A stretch of 50,561 bases of DNA from an uncultured Oscillibacter sp. (GCA_946494635.1 CAMMCS010000001.1:1-50561); one strand, 5' to 3'. Positions 10,405-20,357 are shown, numbered from the stretch's first letter. Notes: generated from the sequence alone by a model not told the origin. Translations and numbers: made by a program.

Positions 10405-12204
10405 ATGCCAAATATGATGCAGAACAGGATGCGGGCGCCGGCGAAGAGCAAGCGGGGGATCGGCGGCGTGCTGAAGGAGCTGTTCACCTATTCCAGCAAA
10501 CTGAAAGTACCCTCCGCGGCGGCCTTCTGCTTCGCTGTGGCCGGCGCGGTGCTGACCATCATCGGCCCCAATCTGCTCAGCCAGATCACGGACCTGATCT
10601 CCGACGCCCTGGGCGGGGAGATCGATCTCGCCGCCATCGGCCACATCGGCGTGATCCTGCTGGTTGTCTACGGCCTCAGTGCCGTATTCACCTATGTGGA
10701 GCACTTCATCATGGCCACCGTCACCCTGGAGCTGTCCCAGGACATGCGGCAGGACCTGTCCAGGAAGATCAACCGGGTGCCCGTGGGCTATTTCAGCAAG
10801 GTGTCCTACGGCGACATCCTCAGCCGGGTCACCAACGACGTCAGCACCCTGCAGCAGGCCCTGGCCAACAGCCTGCCCTCCATGATCAGCGCGGCGGCCC
10901 AGTTCATCGGCTGCCTGGTGATGATGTTTGTCACCGAGTGGCGCATGGCCCTGGCGGCCATTGCCGTCACGGTGCTGGGATTCCTCATCATGGCCGCGGT
11001 GATGCTCCGGTCCCAGAAGTATTTTTCCGCCCGGCAGGAGAATCTGAGTGCCCTGAACGGCTACATCGAGGAGATGTACTCCGGCCACGACGTGGTGCGC
11101 CTCTCCCGGGCCAATGAGCAGGTGAAAGCGGCCTTCGGCTCCATGAATACTGCCCTGTACGACGCGGAGTGGCGCAGCCAGTTCCTCTCCGGCATCATGC
11201 AGCCGCTGATGACCATTATCGGAAATCTGGGGTATGTGGTGGTCTGCGTCCTGGGTTCCGCCCTGGCCATGAGCGGGGAGATTTCCTTCGGCGTCATCGT
11301 GGCCTTCATCCTCTATGTGCGGCTGTTTACCTCGCCCCTGAGCACCCTGGCCCAGGGCATGACCCAGATGCAGACAGCGGCCGCCGCCGGCGATCACATC
11401 TTCGACTTCCTCCACGAGGAGGAGCTGCCCGACGAGGCCGGAAAGCGCGCCGCCCCGTCCCCTGTGCGGGGGGAGGTGGAGTTTGACCACGTCCGGTTCA
11501 GCTATCCGGACAACCCGGAGAAAATCATCATCAAGGACTTCTCCGCCCACATCCAGCCGGGGCAGAAGGTGGCCATCGTGGGTCCCACCGGCGCCGGCAA
11601 GACCACTCTGGTGAACCTGCTGATGCGGTTCTTTGAGATCAACAGCGGCAGTATTCGGATCGACGGCGTCCCCACCTCGGAGATGACCAGGGAGAGCGTC
11701 CATGACCTGTTCAGCATGGTCCTGCAGGACACCTGGCTGTTCGAGGGCACCGTCCGGGAGAATCTGGTCTACAACAAGACCGGCGTGACGGATCAGCAGC
11801 TGGAGGAGGCCTGCCGGGCCTGCGGCATCTACCATTTCATCGAGACGCTGCCCCGGGGATTCGACACTGTGCTGGACGACAGCATCGCCATCTCCGCCGG
11901 ACAGAAGCAGCTGCTGACCATCGCCCGGGCTATGATCCAGGGCAACCCCATGCTGATTCTGGACGAGGCCACCTCCTCCGTGGACACCCGGACGGAGCTC
12001 ATCACCCAAAAGGCCATGGACCGTCTGACGGAACATCGCACCAGCTTTGTCATCGCCCACCGGCTGTCCACCATCAAGAACGCCGACCTGATCCTGGTAT
12101 TGAAGGACGGCGATATCATCGAGCAGGGCACCCACGGCCAGCTCCTGGCTCAGGACGGCTTCTACGCGGATCTCTACAACAGCCAGTTTGAAAAGGCTGC
12201 CTGA
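10405..12204 (+). CDS. Multidrug-type ABC exporter subunit (TMD+NBD), consensus half of a heterodimer
   Basis: GPTGAGKT, ISAGQKQ, LILDEATS, IAHRLST. Confidence 0.93.
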   Translation: MPNMMQNRMRAPAKSKRGIGGVLKELFTYSSKLKVPSAAAFCFAVAGAVLTIIGPNLLSQITDLISDALGGEIDLAAIGHIGVILLVVYGLSAVFTYVEHFIMATVTLELSQDMRQDLSRKINRVPVGYFSKVSYGDILSRVTNDVSTLQQALANSLPSMISAAAQFIGCLVMMFVTEWRMALAAIAVTVLGFLIMAAVMLRSQKYFSARQENLSALNGYIEEMYSGHDVVRLSRANEQVKAAFGSMNTALYDAEWRSQFLSGIMQPLMTIIGNLGYVVVCVLGSALAMSGEISFGVIVAFILYVRLFTSPLSTLAQGMTQMQTAAAAGDHIFDFLHEEELPDEAGKRAAPSPVRGEVEFDHVRFSYPDNPEKIIIKDFSAHIQPGQKVAIVGPTGAGKTTLVNLLMRFFEINSGSIRIDGVPTSEMTRESVHDLFSMVLQDTWLFEGTVRENLVYNKTGVTDQQLEEACRACGIYHFIETLPRGFDTVLDDSIAISAGQKQLLTIARAMIQGNPMLILDEATSSVDTRTELITQKAMDRLTEHRTSFVIAHRLSTIKNADLILVLKDGDIIEQGTHGQLLAQDGFYADLYNSQFEKAA

Positions 12205-12405
12205 TCTGTCCGGGCGGGGGACATATCCTGTGGGATATGGGCATCCTATGGAGGGCGGGCAGGCGCCCTGGGCTCAGGTCATCCCCGGGCGTACAATGGC
12301 CTGGGACTGCCGCAGTGGCCCTATCCTATGCAAATGCGGGGAGGCGCCTGGGAGGGGCTCCTCCGGCGCGGGGATGGTTCCCGGCGGAACAGGGAGGGAG
12401 CGGAT

Positions 12406-13398
12406 GTGAAAAAGCGGAGGAAAAATACGGCGGTCACAGGGCTGCTGACCGTTGCGGCCCTGACGGTCGTCCTCCTGATCTTGCTGCGGGATCACGCTGA
12501 TACCATGATCGCGGCCATATCCGGCCTCTCCCTGCCGGATCTCCTGCTCCTGATCGGTCTGGGCTTCCTGTATCAGTTTTTTGAGGCGTGCATCTGCTGC
12601 GCCATGGTGCGGACCAGGCTCCCGGATTTCCACTTGCGCAGGGCGCTGAAGGTGATCTATCTGAAGCTTTTCGGGTCTGTGGTCTCTCTGGGCTCGGCCT
12701 CGATCCTGCTGGAGTGTTACGCGCTTCAACAAAATGGGCTGTCGGCCGGGTCCGGCGCCGGCCTGATGACGCTGGAATATGTCTTCCACAAAATTTCCAT
12801 TACGCTCTATGCCACTGCGGCACTGGCTGTCCAGTGGCCCTGGCTGCGGCAGAGCAGCCCGGGTCTTGCCAGGTATCTGCTGCCAGCCTATTTCGCCATT
12901 GCCCTGATCATTGCCGCCCTGGTGCTGCTGTGTACCTGGTCCTGGATCCAGAGGGCGGCGCTCCGGCTGATTGGATGGCTGCCGGACACGGACAAGTGGA
13001 ACAGGCGCAGGGAGACATGCCGGGAACAGCTGCAGGTGGTTTATACAGAATCTCATGCACTCTTCGCCAATCGGGCCTGCTGCGTCAAAATCCTGGCTCT
13101 GAACGCCGTCAAGCTGTTTACCCTGTACGCCATTCCCTGTCTCTGCATGCGGATTCTGGACGTTGAGAGCCCGGGGTTCTTCCAGATGCAGGCCCTGGCG
13201 GCCGTAATGCTGTTTCTGATCAGTATTCTGCCGAATGTGGCGGGGATGGGCCCAACGGAGCTTGCGTTCCTGCTGATCTTCTCCCCCTATGTAGGTGAGG
13301 GCACCGCGGCGTCGGCTCTGATTCTCTACCGTATTTCCACATACTATGCGCCGATGATGATGGGCATTTACCCCTTCTGCACCATCCGAACCCCCTGA
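12406..13398 (+). CDS. Lysylphosphatidylglycerol-synthase TM-domain (UPF0104/flippase-like) membrane protein
   Basis: Multi-TM; C-terminal PNVAGMGPTE...LILYRISTYY motif; GTG start after ggagggag. Confidence 0.8.
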   Translation: MKKRRKNTAVTGLLTVAALTVVLLILLRDHADTMIAAISGLSLPDLLLLIGLGFLYQFFEACICCAMVRTRLPDFHLRRALKVIYLKLFGSVVSLGSASILLECYALQQNGLSAGSGAGLMTLEYVFHKISITLYATAALAVQWPWLRQSSPGLARYLLPAYFAIALIIAALVLLCTWSWIQRAALRLIGWLPDTDKWNRRRETCREQLQVVYTESHALFANRACCVKILALNAVKLFTLYAIPCLCMRILDVESPGFFQMQALAAVMLFLISILPNVAGMGPTELAFLLIFSPYVGEGTAASALILYRISTYYAPMMMGIYPFCTIRTP

Positions 13399-13517
13399 AA
13401 TGAGGAGATTTCTCCGGGAAGCGAATCTGCCGGGGAGCTCTGCGCCTGCAGGCGGTTTTGGACATGCACAGCCCCGCCCGCAGAATCCGGAATGGGGGTA
13501 GGATTTTGCAGGCGAAT

Positions 13518-13559
13518 AAGGCAGGAGCTCTCCCGCTTTTGCGGGAGAGCTCCTGCCTT
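13518..13559. terminator. Bidirectional terminator between convergent genes
   Basis: 19-bp perfect stem aaggcaggagctctcccgc-tttt-gcgggagagctcctgcctt. Confidence 0.85.
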
Positions 13560-13566
13560 TATGGAA

Positions 13567-14007
13567 TTATGCGATGGCGATGGTGCTGCTCTTTGGCAGC
13601 TCCTTTTTCCCCTGCTTGGGCAGGGAGATCCGCAGCACGCCGTGTTCATACTTGGCGGAGATCTGGTCGGGCTCCAGATCGCCCACATAGAAGCTCCGGC
13701 TCATGGCGCCGGCGTACCGCTCCTGGCGGATGTACTTGCCGTTCTTGTCCTCCTGATCCCTGTCCAGGCCCTTGGCGGCCTGGATGGTCAGGTTGCCGTC
13801 TTTCAGATCCACATGGATCTCATCCTTCCGGAAGCCGGGCAGGTCCACATCCACCTCATAGGTGCTGTCCGTCTCCCGGACGTCGGTCTTCATCATGTTT
13901 CTGGCATGCTTTCCGTACAGGGGATTCCGGCCGCCCCACATGGGGACCATATCAAAACCATCAAAGAAATCATCAAACAGATTTTCACCAAAAATGCTGG
14001 GCAACAT
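13567..14007 (-). CDS. hsp20: Hsp20/alpha-crystallin small heat-shock protein
   Basis: MKTDVRE, DLPG, ERYAG...RSF, AKYEHGVLRISLPK. Confidence 0.95.
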   Translation of the reverse strand: MLPSIFGENLFDDFFDGFDMVPMWGGRNPLYGKHARNMMKTDVRETDSTYEVDVDLPGFRKDEIHVDLKDGNLTIQAAKGLDRDQEDKNGKYIRQERYAGAMSRSFYVGDLEPDQISAKYEHGVLRISLPKQGKKELPKSSTIAIA

Positions 14008-14096
14008 AAGTCATTCCTCCATTCCTCGCACTTATTTCTTGCCCTGCGGGAGGGCCCCATTTCTCTTTCCGGGCCCCTCTCTCTTGGAACGACTCT

Positions 14097-14139
14097 GTTA
14101 TAGCACCACGGATTAGCACTGTCAAGAGGAGAGCGCTAA
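14097..14139 (-). promoter_or_regulatory. sigma-A promoter overlapped by a CIRCE element (HrcA operator)
   Basis: TTAGCACTg-N9-GAGcGCTAA at 14113-14139 (consensus TTAGCACTC-N9-GAGTGCTAA); minus-strand TTGACA(14125-14120)-17-TATAAC(14102-14097). Confidence 0.85.
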
Positions 14140-14171
14140 AGTTCACAAAAGAAGCACCATCTGTTCACAAA

Positions 14172-14645
14172 TTATGCGATTTCTTCCGGAGAATCCGGCT
14201 TCCGCCCGGAATTTCGGGCATCGTCATAGAGCTTCTGGATCTCCGGCGGCAGATGGTCCGGCATCATGGCGCGGATCCGATCCTCATTGCCGTCCCGGAT
14301 GGCCTGCCCATAGTACCAGCATTTGAAGTCGATCATGGCCAGCGTTCTCTCCAGCTGGCGGATCTGCCCCTCTACCACCTGGCGCTGGTGCTCGAACAGG
14401 GCCTTCCGCTGGGGGTAGGTGCCGCTGCCCTCACAACACCACTGCATAAACCGCTTGATGTCCTTGATCTCCAGACCGGACTGCTTCAGGCACTCAATGA
14501 CCCGGAGGGCCTCCAGCTCCGTTTCACCGAACCGGCGGATACCGGAGGTACGCTCCAGGCCGGGAAACAGCCCCTCCTTATCATAGTAGCGGAGGGTGGA
14601 AATGGGGATGTGGAACATCTCAGATACCTGACCGATCGTAAACAT
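14172..14645 (-). CDS. MerR family regulator, AdhR/NmlR-like
   Basis: MFTIGQVSE...STLRYYDKEGL...GIRRF; conserved Cys in VIECLKQSG. Confidence 0.92.
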   Translation of the reverse strand: MFTIGQVSEMFHIPISTLRYYDKEGLFPGLERTSGIRRFGETELEALRVIECLKQSGLEIKDIKRFMQWCCEGSGTYPQRKALFEHQRQVVEGQIRQLERTLAMIDFKCWYYGQAIRDGNEDRIRAMMPDHLPPEIQKLYDDARNSGRKPDSPEEIA

Positions 14646-14668
14646 ACGCAAAACCTCCTAAAAAACAC

Positions 14669-14699
14669 TTGACCTAAAGTGAGGTTTAGGTTTTATGAT
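14669..14699 (+). promoter_or_regulatory. MerR-type promoter with 19-bp spacer and dyad operator
   Basis: TTGACC(14669-14674)-19-TATGAT(14694-14699); ACCTAAA-N6-TTTAGGT dyad at 14672-14691. Confidence 0.85.
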
Positions 14700-14786
14700 A
14701 GAATCATACCAGAGATGACGTTGCCTGTCAACTCAATCCGGCAAGCCTAACGTTCAAAATATTCTTTTATCAGGAGGAATTCATCC

Positions 14787-15782
14787 ATGCTGAAACCCGC
14801 GGAACTTCATCTGACCCGGGAGTGGGACAAGACCTTTCCCCAGAGCGACCGGGTGGACCACCGGAAGGTCACCTTCCTCAACCGCTTTGGGATTACCCTG
14901 GCGGCAGACCTGTACACACCGCAGAATGTCTCCGGAAAGCTGGCGGCCATCGCCCTGTGCGGCCCCTTCGGGGCAGTGAAGGAGCAGTGCTCCGGCCTCT
15001 ACGCCCAGACGCTGGCGGAACGGGGCTTCCTCACGCTGGCTTTTGACCCCTCCTTCACCGGCGAGAGCGGCGGCGAGCCCCGGTACACCGCCTCCCCGGA
15101 CATCAACACCGAGGACTTCCAGGCGGCGGTGGACTTTCTCTCCGTCCAGGGCAACGTGGACCCGGACCGCATCGGCATCCTGGGCATCTGCGGCTGGGGC
15201 GGCCTGGCGCTGAACACGGCGGCCATCGACACCCGGATCAAGGCCACCGTGGTCTCCACCATGTACGACATGAGCCGCATCGCCGCCAAGGGCTATTTCG
15301 ATTCCGCCGACAGCGAGGAGGCCCGTCACCAGGCCCGGGAGGCCTACAGCACCGCACGGACCGCCATCTGCCGCAGCGGCGACTATGGCCGCGCCGGCGG
15401 CTGCCTGCCCCTGCCCGTGCCGGAGGACGTCCCCTTTTATGTAAAGGATTACAGCGAATACTACAAGGGACGGGCCTATCATCTCCGCTCCCTGAACTCC
15501 AACGAGGGCTGGAACACCATCGGCACCATGTCCTTCCTGAACCAGCCGATCCTCCAGTACACCAACGAGATCCGCAGTGCCGTGCTGATCATCCACGGGG
15601 AGAAGGCCCACTCCTGCTACATGGGCCGGGACGCCTATGCCCACATGATGGAGGGGAATCCGAACCCGGAGAACAAGGAGCTGCTGATCATCCCCGGCGC
15701 CGTACACACAGACCTGTACGACAATCTGGATGTCATTCCCTTTGACAGGATCCAGAACTTTTTCCAGACCTATCTGAAGTGA
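14787..15782 (+). CDS. Alpha/beta hydrolase, YcjY/PA2218-like (Cys nucleophile)
   Basis: GPFGAVKEQ, FDPSFTGESGGEPR, nucleophile elbow GICGWGG, HTDLYD. Confidence 0.9.
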   Translation: MLKPAELHLTREWDKTFPQSDRVDHRKVTFLNRFGITLAADLYTPQNVSGKLAAIALCGPFGAVKEQCSGLYAQTLAERGFLTLAFDPSFTGESGGEPRYTASPDINTEDFQAAVDFLSVQGNVDPDRIGILGICGWGGLALNTAAIDTRIKATVVSTMYDMSRIAAKGYFDSADSEEARHQAREAYSTARTAICRSGDYGRAGGCLPLPVPEDVPFYVKDYSEYYKGRAYHLRSLNSNEGWNTIGTMSFLNQPILQYTNEIRSAVLIIHGEKAHSCYMGRDAYAHMMEGNPNPENKELLIIPGAVHTDLYDNLDVIPFDRIQNFFQTYLK

Positions 15783-15817
15783 GCCGGAGCTGAATACCAA
15801 GAGAGGAAGGAACCGCT

Positions 15818-16492
15818 GTGAAGAAACCGTATATCATCTGCCATATGATGACCTCCCTGGATGGCCGGATCGACTGCGCCATGACAGAGCAGCTGCCCGG
15901 GGTACAGGAGTATTATCAGACTCTGGAGGCGCTGAACGTCCCCACCACTGTTACCGGCCGGGTGACGGCAGAGCTGGAGATGGCCCTGCCCGGGAAGTTC
16001 CAGGCCAGCGATCCCACGCCGGTAGGGCGGGAGGCGTTCTCCAAAAAAGCGGATGCCCCCGGCTATGAGGCCGTCGTGGATACCCGCGGCAGGCTCCTGT
16101 GGCCGGACGCCGGAGAGGCGGAAAAGCCCCTGCTGATCCTCACCAGCCAGCAGGTGCCCCGGGAGTACCTGGCCGATCTGGACAGCCGGAGCATCTCCTG
16201 GATCGCCGCAGGCGAGGAGCGAATTGATTTAGCCCGGGCCGCGGAGATCCTGGCCACAGAGTTCGGCGTGGAGCGCATGGCCGTGGTAGGCGGCTCCGCC
16301 ATCAACACCGGTTTTCTGGAAGCCGGGCTGCTGGGCGAAATCAGCGTCCTGATCGGCGCCGGCATCGACGGCCGGGGAGGCATGCCGGCGGTATTCGACG
16401 GCCGGGCCATGGACTACCCGGTGACACCGCTGCGCCTGACCGGCGTAAAGCAGTTTGACAGCGGCGCCGTCTGGCTGCGGTACAAAGTGTGA
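15818..16492 (+). CDS. RibD C-terminal / dihydrofolate-reductase-like protein
   Basis: KPYIICHMMTSLDGRI, VDTRG, VVGGSAIN, VWLRY. Confidence 0.88.
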   Translation: MKKPYIICHMMTSLDGRIDCAMTEQLPGVQEYYQTLEALNVPTTVTGRVTAELEMALPGKFQASDPTPVGREAFSKKADAPGYEAVVDTRGRLLWPDAGEAEKPLLILTSQQVPREYLADLDSRSISWIAAGEERIDLARAAEILATEFGVERMAVVGGSAINTGFLEAGLLGEISVLIGAGIDGRGGMPAVFDGRAMDYPVTPLRLTGVKQFDSGAVWLRYKV

Positions 16493-16789
16493 GTGGCCCA
16501 CCGGCCAAAGCCTGTGGCATTTTAAGACGTCCGAGGGGAACCGGCAGAGAAACCAGATGCAAGCAGATCGTCTGTCCTTATAGCAGGCGGTCTGCTTGCT
16601 TGTATCTATGCCGATCTGTGCCGCTGGGGATGGAGAACCCTGGCACATGCGCGGTGTTTTACAGCAGACGGTACTGGATTTTGCAAGGGGATAGGAGACA
16701 GGCGAAATGAACCAATGTTCACCGAGCAAACTGGAAAAGTTTGAATGCGGTTTTTCCACGGGAGGAGGCAAGCAGAAGTTCATTTACGA

Positions 16790-17225
16790 ATTCTTGCTTT
16801 CTATATCTATGTTCCCATGAGGCTGGGAATCTGATGTCCTGCCTTGCCTTCCAGGGGGATGACAAGGAAATGGAGACATTGCTGGAGAGAAATCCCCGGC
16901 CCTGGCGCAAGGTCCTCTATGTGAACCCGTCCAGCTATGCGCAAATCGGCGGCTGGACCTTTGACAAGGAGGGCCACCGGATAGAACTCAACTTTAACAC
17001 CTGCTACCCCACAATCAAGGGAGCGCCCGGCAAAATATCCCCTGTCTGCATCGGCCGGTCACGGGAAGACACCTGCGCCCCCACTGCGGCGGGCGGATGG
17101 TGGATATGCTGGTGCTGGACGGCCAGGACGATCGGCTGAAATTCCTGGGGCTGGGCGACATCCTCACCGCCGCCTGCTGTCCTAGCTGTGTGGGATTCCT
17201 AAAAGGCCCCGCCCTCAACCGCTGG
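16790..17225 (+). pseudogene. Frameshifted fragment of a Cys-rich conserved hypothetical protein (immunity-island type)
   Basis: Pieces join across frames: MSCLAFQGDD...RNPRPWRK..PSSYAQIGGWTFD...C-PHCGGRMVDMLVLDG..CCPSC; no intact start or stop. Confidence 0.55.
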
Positions 17226-17244
17226 CGGCACGGAAATCTTCCCC

Positions 17245-18150
17245 TCAGAACTCTTTGACAGCTCGGAGCAGTACATCGAAAAGCAGGTGCGGGATCGGTA
17301 CTTTGCGGTCGGAGAACGGGAGGATTTTTTTACGGTTTTCCCTCCCTGCACCGTGTAGCCGGAACTGCGGCCAGAGGAAGTGGATGACGGCCTGCTGCAT
17401 TTCGCCTGCTATGTGGCAATCTGCTATACTGTGTATGGGCTGAGCTTTGAGTATCTCACCACCGAACATATCCTTGGCCTGGTTTCCCAGCTCCGCCCGA
17501 CATGGTGAAGGAGCTGAAGAACAGTGGCAGCGGTAAACTGCCGCCAAGAATCCAAAAGCGGGAAAAAAGCACCTGACCGCCTCGGCCAACGACCCTTTTA
17601 CCATCCGCATCACCCACCAAGGGGTGCTGCGACGAGGCACTACGCTATCTGGCGGAGGTGCTGGAGCAGCCGGAGTTCCCCCGCAGCTACTCCATCGAGT
17701 TCCGCAGACCGGAAAAACCACCTGCCCAACCCTGGCCTGCCCAGGAAGGGCGTCAATCAGCTCTTTGCCTGCGCGGTGCGGTATCCGCACCTCCATGTCC
17801 GAATGGAGAATTATGCCCGGCTTGCCATGCAGGAGGATGAGATGTACCAAAACCTCTCCGATGAGATCTGCGTTCGGTCCGGCACCTTTGCCGTGTTCGC
17901 CCTGGGGCTGGAGAGGCCGAAGTGGTGGCGGCTGGTGTGCGATTACCTGGATCGCTGTGACGGTGAGCACTCCTCCCTGCAGGAGAAGTTCATCCACGCG
18001 CTTTTCAAGAAATACGGCTTCACCGCACAGTCCCTGTCGGTGCTGGTTCACGGCGTCCAGTCTATGCAGAAACTGAAGCCCGCAAAGGAGTTCCGCACCC
18101 TGACCGCCAATGAGAAGAGCCTGGACGCCCTGCTGGAAAAATCAAGGGGC
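17245..18150 (+). pseudogene. Frameshifted DUF6138-like protein remnant
   Basis: DDGLLHFACYVAIC...TASAND (other frames), then GVNQLFACAVRYP...GTFAVFALGL...DYLDRCDGEHSSLQ; several indels; family recognised from memory only. Confidence 0.55.
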
Positions 18151-18362
18151 ATCACAGATCTTCTATTTCTCCCATGCCGGCGTGAACCACGCCTAGGTAG
18201 CCGGCTGCACAGAGGAGGAATTGGACGCGGCTGTGGGGAACTATGTCCGGGCCCAAAAGCAGTATGATACTTGGACGGATGAGGACGAAGCAGGTTACCA
18301 GATCCATCTTCAGGAGCGGGTGTCTCAGCTTAAGCTATTCCCAGACAAAAGGAGGAGACCAG

Positions 18363-19050
18363 ATGAGCAATCAAGTGTTCCTGCAAAACCTAGATGAGAA
18401 AAACGGCCTACTTCCGGCGGCCCCTTTCTCATTCAGATGCTGTTCAAAGAAAAGGCGTTCATGCTGGACAAAGCGGCCATGACCGCCGCGATGAAAAACA
18501 CATTGGGCCGATGGAGTGCTTCTGCCATGGCAGAAAGACGGCGGGTTTTGCAGCGCTGGAGCATTTTGCGGCTTTCAGAGATGCCAGGGTCCCGGTGCTG
18601 CTCATGGGGATGGGGTGCAACAGCTTCAAGGGCAGAAGCTTTGACGCATTCCTCCTGAGCCAGATATAGGACTGCCGGGAAGATCGGGACCGGATTTTCC
18701 AAGAGTGCCGGTATCAGGTCGTGCCACCGATATGCTGGCGGCGCTCCTAGCATTTGAGCAAGCCGATCTGGACATGGACTTCTTGGAGACGCTGTCGGAA
18801 CTGTACCCAGCCTGGAGATGTTCTATTTCCAGAACTGCGGAAAGCTGGTTCTGGGCGAAGATGTGCGCTCCCACCAGCTCGAGGGGGAGGACCGCTTCAT
18901 CCGTTTCGGCGTCAATGTCCGCTTCTTCAACATTCAGGGTGCGAGGATATGCTCATTGACACAGTGGGTATGGGCACCCTGTTCCTGCCGGATCTCCAGT
19001 ACCATTTCCGCGGCATGGATCCAAACTGGATGGTGAACCATGCCTACAAT
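18363..19050 (+). pseudogene. Frameshifted, truncated DUF4261-like protein remnant
   Basis: RBS aggagg, MSNQVFLQNL; frame changes; in-frame TAG in SQI*DC; GVNVRFFNIQG...DTVGM..LFLPDLQYHF...VNHAYN, then an abrupt end. Confidence 0.65.
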
Positions 19051-19225
19051 CGAAGGCATTCTGGATGTGCGCACTCTGCAGAAACAGAGTGGTGGCATGG
19101 ACAGATTCATAGGAACATGGACTGTGCTACACTATGGAAAGAAAAAGCACGAATGGGGTATATGGACAGCACTAAATTGTGCGGACAATACAAAAGGCCC
19201 CGTGGCAGAAATCTATCAAGTTTGA

Positions 19226-19265
19226 CAGGAGTGGCGCAGCGTGAGCAGCGCCACTCCTGATTTTA
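19226..19265 (+). terminator. Hairpin, putative terminator
   Basis: caggagtggcgc...gcgccactcctg followed by atttt. Confidence 0.5.
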
Positions 19266-19272
19266 GCTGAAT

Positions 19273-19840
19273 GCGCTTTGGCCTGTCAGCCTGAAACGCT
19301 CTGTTTAGCGCAGATTTTCATATTTGTGAATCTGCGAATCCATCTGTCTCCACTTTCTGCAGCGGATGATGCTGGAAAATTCTGCATCATAGCCGGCTGG
19401 TCCAGGTGCCCGACATAGTCATAATAACCGCTACGTAACACTCTGAAGAACGACACATCACGGATACTGGATAATGGTCACGATTCATATAGACAATTTG
19501 GCACTTCATTTGCGACCTTATGTTCTTCATGTCAATCGCAGAAAATCCCACAGCAATTCCACTTCCATCTTTGACCGCTTGTTTTCGTATTTGTATTCCT
19601 GCAGTATCTTTGCGGGTTTTCCCTCGCAATACTTCGGCTTTCCTTTTTTCGTCTTTGCGGCGTTACCTCTTTAAGAGGTTGTGAATGTGAGGATCTCCTT
19701 CCAAGCTTCTAGATGGCTCATTCCACAAGCAATTCTTCCTTCGATTACAGGCAACATCTTTTTTTGAATCTTTGTGTATTTTTTCATAACGAATTCCCCT
19801 TGACGTACTCATTTTTCTACACCAAGAGGGATTCTGGCTA
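19273..19840 (-). mobile_element. Degenerate IS3-family insertion sequence remnant (orfA plus truncated orfB)
   Basis: Minus strand: MKKYTKIQ... (ATG 19787), EYKYENKRSKMEVELLWDFLRLT, YPVSVMCR..RSGYYDYV, RKWRQM.SQIHKYENL-LNRAFQADRP; frameshifts, internal deletion, no DDE core. Confidence 0.75.
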
Positions 19841-19893
19841 TTGCCCGTTTTTACTGGTCTTGTTCATATGCCCCACTCGGGCTTTTTTGCTAC

Positions 19894-19983
19894 TCCCAGT
19901 TCTGGTTTGTGCTACTGTGCAGTTTCTGCCCTTGGCAGCATAAGGCTTTGACGTCGCTGAGAACACGAAATCGAATTGGGACT
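19894..19983 (-). repeat. Copy A of a ~90-nt hairpin-forming element (inverted relative to copy B)
   Basis: Reverse complement aligns without gaps to 20267-20357; closed by tcccaattc/gaactggga. Confidence 0.8.
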
Positions 19984-20170
19984 TTTGCTAGAAGAATTCA
20001 ATATCAAAAGATCAAAAAATATATGAACATGGGTTATGCATAAATCTTACCAAAAAAACACAAAAGTGATTAATATTTAGAATTAATAGGGAATTAAAGA
20101 TGTGAAATCCACAAAGAAACCTTGCCACTATGGATAAATCGACAAAAATTTTCTATTTTATGAATTTAAA

Positions 20171-20198
20171 TTGACAAAAAACACAAAATATGTATAAT
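20171..20198 (+). promoter_or_regulatory. Consensus sigma-A promoter of the catabolic operon
   Basis: TTGACA(20171-20176)-16-TATAAT(20193-20198); overlapping caaaaaacacaaaa motif also found near 20051-20065. Confidence 0.75.
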
Positions 20199-20266
20199 TA
20201 AAGATAACCAAAATGCTCATATATTTAAAACAAAAATAGAAATGAGCAAGTTTGGTGCAAAAAAGA

Positions 20267-20357
20267 AGTCCCAGTTCGGCTTCGTGTTCCCGGTGGCGCC
20301 AAAACCTTGTGCTGTCAAAGACCAGAGCGGCATAGGAACATACAAAAGAATTGGGAC
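20267..20357 (+). repeat. Copy B of the ~90-nt hairpin element, in the 5' leader of livK
   Basis: gtcccagttc...gtgttcc...ggaacat...gaattgggac, ending about 10 nt before the RBS gaggagg. Confidence 0.8.

Noticed and set aside
8400-12135. Very long antisense ORFs (695 aa and 621 aa; similar ones at 1495-2571, 42406-43917 and 47604-48884)
   Set aside because: Shadow frames of GC3-rich genes; no RBS or recognisable motifs, and they fully overlap well-supported genes
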